From Amoebidium appalachense (lineage: Eukaryota; Protista; Ichthyosporea): a stretch of DNA of 64,000 nt. The DNA is taken from the NCBI GenBank assembly GCA_963693365.1, contig CAVNZM010000005.1, forward strand, positions 11,617,728-11,681,727, read 5' to 3'. Position 1 is the first letter of the stretch. Every line of letters starts with the position of its first letter. The notes under the pieces are model-generated. The model was not told the origin of the DNA. It saw only the letters and a list, made by a program, of their open reading frames with translations, and did no database searches. This document shows, piece after piece, positions 59,137 through 64,000 of this stretch. Made by a program: the position numbers and the translations under genes.

Positions 59137-61347
59137 ATGGACTCAAAGGGTACCAAAGTGTACGTGGGGAACCTCAACCCCGACTCTGACGAAAGAGACC
59201 TTCGCGATGAGTTTGAACGTTTTGGCCGCTTGAATGATGTTTGGGTGGCAAGGAAGCCCCCCGGGTTTGGGTTTGTGTGGTATGACGACCCGAGAGATGC
59301 GGAGGACGCGTGCCGTGCGCTTGATGGCAGAGAGCTCAGGGGCTCGAGGATACGTGAGTTTGCTTGTGGCTTTCTTGTCTGATGTGTTGCTTTATTTTCT
59401 TGTTTGTTCGGCTTGAATACAAAACTCCTCTACCTCCATTTACGTGTGCTGAGTAGCTTTTGGCCGTTTCCATGCAACCCCTTGTTGGGGTGTCATGGGT
59501 GTGTTTCACTGTTTCCCTCCCTTCAGTTGTCTGGTTCGTTGTGTCTTTTCCTGTTTTTTCCCTGCTGCCTGCATGCGAGGGAAAGCTGTGTTTTTCGTTC
59601 GCGCCTTTATACCTCTGGTCTACATTCCGTCTCCCTCCCTCTCCCTCCCCTGCCTTCCCGACCCTCAAATCCTGCTGTGGATGACTTGACCCGACTTTGA
59701 TGTTGTGACCTACATGTGATGGTTGCTCTTGTGTGTTCGCTGATTTTGAGCTAAGTTGTAGCATCGTGAACGTGACCTCCTACCCCTCTTCCTCCCCACC
59801 CTCTTCCTTGCACCCCACGTTTGTTATTTTTGTGTGTGTGCTTGTGAACATGCCTTGCCTAAGTTTTAACCTTGAGGACTGCATCATTTGGTGATGGATT
59901 ATGCGGTCTTCAATACAATAAGCTTCACTGCGTCTGGCCTCTACCTCCCTTCCCAAGAAAGAAAAGAAACTACGGTTCATCTTCGTTTTCACGTCACACG
60001 CGCCACCGCCAACACCTAGCACCTGCGTCGTTTGGGTTTTGCATTTCTTGCCCTTCGTCTGCTTGTGGCTCCAAAGCAATAAGACTCTACTACACCGCGT
60101 CACTAGACATGTGAAAACGAAACATGGCAACCCGTCACTGCTCCCTGCACTTCATTTTTTCGTCGCCTTCCCCTTCCCTATGATGCGCTTCGTTAGCTGT
60201 GAGGCTGTCACGTCGTTTCTTATTTTCTGCCGGACCGTATTTGGGTGCCGGCAGGCCGCCCATTGCCCCTAGTGTAGGTAAGGTGTGAGCCAAACCCTTT
60301 GATTTCTTTGTTAAGGTTTCTACATATGTGGTGTATTGGTAGTTCAGCGCATTTCTATATTGTTATGTCTGTACCACATGGAACACTAGCAAGGAACCCG
60401 GTTTGTTTCTACGCAAACACCTTTAGCATGACTGGAGTGACTTTTGCACAGCCCCCCAAACCCCACCCCTCAGCCACACATTCTTCTATCTTACTCACAA
60501 TCCTCCGCAGGTGTTGAGATCTCTCGTGGTGGTCGTGGGCCCGCACCCCGTGGTGGTGGAGGAGGATACCGTGATAGTTACCGCGACGACTACCGTGGCC
60601 CCCCTCCACGTGGTGGTGATCGTGACGGTTATGGCACTGGTGACTGCTATGAGTGTGGTCGTAGGGGTCACTTTGCCCGTGAGTGCCCCAACAGAGGTGG
60701 TGGTGGATACCCGCGCGGCGGTGGATTCGGTCGTCGTTCCCCCCCGGGCGGCTACCGCGGACGCAGCCCCCCTCCCCGTGACCGCCGCCCTAGGTCTCGC
60801 TCTCGCTCCCCCCCGCGCCGTCGCAGCAGAAGCCCTCCCCCTGCAAACAACAACAACGCGAGAAGGTATGGGCCTGTGAATGAGCTTGAAGTGATGTGAT
60901 GGTTGTGTAGTCGTGACTCTTGGAGGTTTGCATAGTGAGTGCATTATGACATAGTACACCCAGTAGTGGTGATAGGATTTTTCAATTTCCCGCTGCTAAC
61001 GGATGTTGTGTGTGGTGCTGCGTATGCTTGTATGTGTGTCTGTATGATGCATTTTTCTGTCATTCAACGTTCTGTGTTTGTGCCTGGGCATGCTTGGCCT
61101 TCACATATATAACTTCCAGGTTTGATCCTAAATCTCCCTTCCACCCAGGTCCCCCTCCCCCCGCCCAGCCGATGATCGCCGTCCCTCTGATGATCGCAGG
61201 GCCTCTGCCGATGACCGTCGGGAGTCCCCCCGGGGCTCACCCGACCGTCGGCCCTCCAACCCTGACCATGATGCCGATGCCCAGGCCTCCCCTCCCCCTG
61301 CCCAGCGCTCACCCAGCCCTGCCCGTAGCTTATCTCCCAGGTGCTTG

Positions 61348-61381
<34 letters not shown>

Positions 61382-61635
61382 AATGCATAATTTTTATGTG
61401 CGGTTTGCACTCTGCATCGTGTTGTCCATTGTTTATGTGAACTTCGTACTTAATGAAACATTCAAATACCCTCCTCTCCCCCCCTCCCCCCTCCCCCTCC
61501 CCACGCATACTGTGCGCATGGATGATGTTGCATGCTTGAATGTTTGCCTTTGCATGTGTCCTGCACCATGCTTCTCATCGTGTATGTGTACTTCGTACCG
61601 TGTTCCGCATTCAAACCCCACCCCCTTCCCCCAAA

Positions 61636-61672
<37 letters not shown>

Positions 61673-61910
61673 CCACCACCACTGCCCACTTACGTCATCC
61701 TCCACCCCCTCCCCACGTGCACACATGTGTGAAAGCAATATGTCTTTGGTTCGAATAGAGTATCGGTCTGTCTGTTGATCTGTAATATGTATGATTGCCA
61801 TCAACTGCGATTATCCCCCACCCCCCAGAAACGTATACACGTACCTACACACACATACAAAACACCGTTTACAACTATGCACACGCTGGGTTGCTTGTTC
61901 CAGTGAATGA
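59137..61910 (+). CDS. SRSF7: SR splicing factor with RRM + CCHC zinc knuckle + RS domain (SRSF7/9G8/RSZ-like)
   Basis: Exons 59137-59353 ([31 protein letters not shown]), 60511-60865 (VEIS.., [22 protein letters not shown]), 61149-61340 (RSPSP.. repeats) and a probable terminal micro-exon 61904-61910 (SE*). Confidence 0.93.
61506..61614 (+). repeat. Dispersed ~110-bp element embedded in C-rich tracts (near-identical to 2668-2776)
   Basis: CATACTGTGCGCATGG..TTGAATGTTTGCCTTTGCATGTGTCCTGCACCATGCTTCTC..GTACTTCGTACCGTGTTCCGCATTCAA, preceded by a divergent relative at 61380-61468. Confidence 0.85.
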
Positions 61911-64000
61911 AGGTGAGCTGCAAATGGAAACAGTGAATTCGGAGTCCGGCTTTTGCTCTCTTTTAGGTTTCTTTCTGCTCTCGTCTCATCTTATCATGCC
62001 CTTCTCCCTTGTGCATTGTTGTGCGCACACATGCCCAAGTGTCTATGTTATGATGTGAAATACCCACACACATGCACGCGAGTGCGCGCCTACCTCCTCC
62101 CCCTTTTTGTGCTGTTGCCGTCGTAGCCCAATAGCTCTTATTAGGTGTTTTGCAAGAGCCCCCCCCCCCCCCCCCCCCCCCCCCAAGAGAGTAAAACACC
62201 TGATAAGAGGGGGAGGGGGGGGGGGGGAACATGCACCCTTTTACCCCCCATGTATACACCTTGTACCGTGACCGTCTGAAATGCTAGTGCCAAAGCTAAC
62301 CAACCGTTACACCGACAGGGATTGAAATGCTGCGAGCCGAGCGCTTTCCAGTGATCCTTTGACTACGCACTGAGAGTCGGGGCCGGTTGTTATGGCATGC
62401 ATGTATGTATGTGTTCGATACCCTCTATTCCAATGCGGTTCCTCCCTTCTAATGCACTGTGATTATGTATTGTTCCATTTGAGAGTTGTACGTCTTGTTT
62501 TGCGCCTTAGTGTGTATGGTGCCTTATGTGGCGATGTGTTTGTTTACGGTTTCTACTTTGAACACGGCTATGTATGTACGTGTTGCACTATCTGTGCAAG
62601 CCTTATGTAGGGCTTGTGGTCTACTCCAGGTGGCATGGGCTGGGCTGTGCTCAGAACCATCCCAACAATAAAGAAAACATATCTCTCTGTTCTTTCGGAA
62701 AACATTATCTGTGATTTGTTTGTGAACAGCCGATTTGAGCCGTCACGGTGCTGTTTGTCTGAAAGTTGTCAATGATACGACTTGAGAATAAGCTCTGCTT
62801 ATCATGCATACGTACTGTGTGCCTGGCAATCTGCTTTGTTGTTCACTGTGAACGTGTTACTAGTATTCGGTGGCACCTTCTTATCATAAACCCTGCCTCC
62901 AATTCTTAGCCCCTCCCTCCCCTGGGGGCCGGCCGGGAGCCCATTGGCCAAGATCTCCGATATATACCTGGGCACTAGGTAGAAGAGGTGAGCCGGTTGA
63001 AATTCTTCGCTGGCATTTTTGTGGCACTCAAGTAAAAATATTTGAACTTATTTACACAAATTGGAGTCCTAATATTAGAGCAAGCTTATCACGTGTCAAG
63101 ATTCCAACAAATTCTCAGGTTGCCGGACCGTGCACCATTCCTGGCGACAGCTTATCGTATCACCCTCCCCCCCTCCCACCCACGAGGATGAATTCTACTC
63201 CGGATGCATCGTCTTTCAGTGTGTACTCTTGCATGTTGCATGCACAACCATTGAGTGTGCAATATGAAATATATCACGATGGTCGCAAGATACGCTTAAG
63301 ACTCAGTGTTTATAATATCGTGGTCTATACCTCCCGGTTGCAACCTCCCCCCCCCTCCCCCCGCCCCCCTCCCTCCCCCTCCCCCTTCAGTCCCCCCGCC
63401 CCACCCCCCTTTCCCGCCCCCCTCCCCTCCCCCCCCCCCCCCCCCCCCCCCCCCCTCCCCCCCCCCCCCCCCGGGGCCCCCTTCAGCCCTCCCCCATCCC
63501 CCAACACCCTCCCCACCGTGCGTGACCGCGGCAGATACATACACCACCTCAATAATGCCCCTTGAAGTTCCCCAGGGCCTCTGATGACAAGGCTTCTGGA
63601 AGATTCGGAACAGCGCTATTAGTAAGTTCCTTTTCTCTTTTTTATTTATTTTTGAATTCGATATATACGATTATTTTTTTACTGAAGGAGAAAATGAAGG
63701 CTGGTATGCCTATATATCTGGATGCTGGAGAAATGGCCATGATAATATGGCATGCTAAGTTTATCCAGTTTTTCAGAAATTCAATGGATTGAAGTCCGGT
63801 GCAGGGGGGATGACCTCAAGCACTGGCAGGTGCTGGCGCAACCGGGGGTGATGGTTGTTTCCTGCGGGCTGCAAGGAGCTGGTGAGCTACCTCTCTCCAT
63901 CATGGTTCTGTCTTCGCGTCCTTTACCCGCTGGGGCGTGCGGATGGTGCTCTGATGGCCGCGAGGCTTCTCGTTTACGGGGTTGGCGGCCTTCTGGGCTA

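Noticed and set aside
63776-64000. GC-rich, coding-looking stretch at the window end
   Set aside because: Several frames are open on both strands, there is no recognisable motif, and it is truncated by the window edge.

Overview
Intron-rich eukaryotic genomic DNA. It is most likely from a unicellular holozoan such as an ichthyosporean (inference: animal-type OPA1, DUSP22 and AAGAB sit beside a VTC polyphosphate polymerase, which animals lack). Six spliced genes were reconstructed by hand with consistent reading-frame phases. (1) OPA1 on the minus strand, running off the window start. (2) A TMEM70/186/223-like mitochondrial membrane gene, head-to-head with OPA1. (3) A DUSP22/15-like phosphatase. 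(4) AAGAB/p34 on the minus strand. (5) An SPX-VTC-transmembrane (VTC4-like) gene, head-to-head with AAGAB. (6) An SRSF7-like SR protein. Mobile DNA includes a decayed LINE, a TA-flanked Tc1/mariner-type MITE with a nested fold-back, TTAA-flanked MITEs and a small hairpin element. Almost all entries in the ORF track are artefacts of poly-G/C and (CA)n tracts. The most notable unexplained patterns are: sense-strand poly-C tracts directly behind weak 5' splice sites in five genes, flipping with gene orientation; a ~100-bp dispersed element found inside poly-C tracts; a 24-nt stop-carrying cassette right after the SPX domain of VTC4; a repeat-free first intron in the SR gene; and repeated local duplications of exon ends together with their donor sites.
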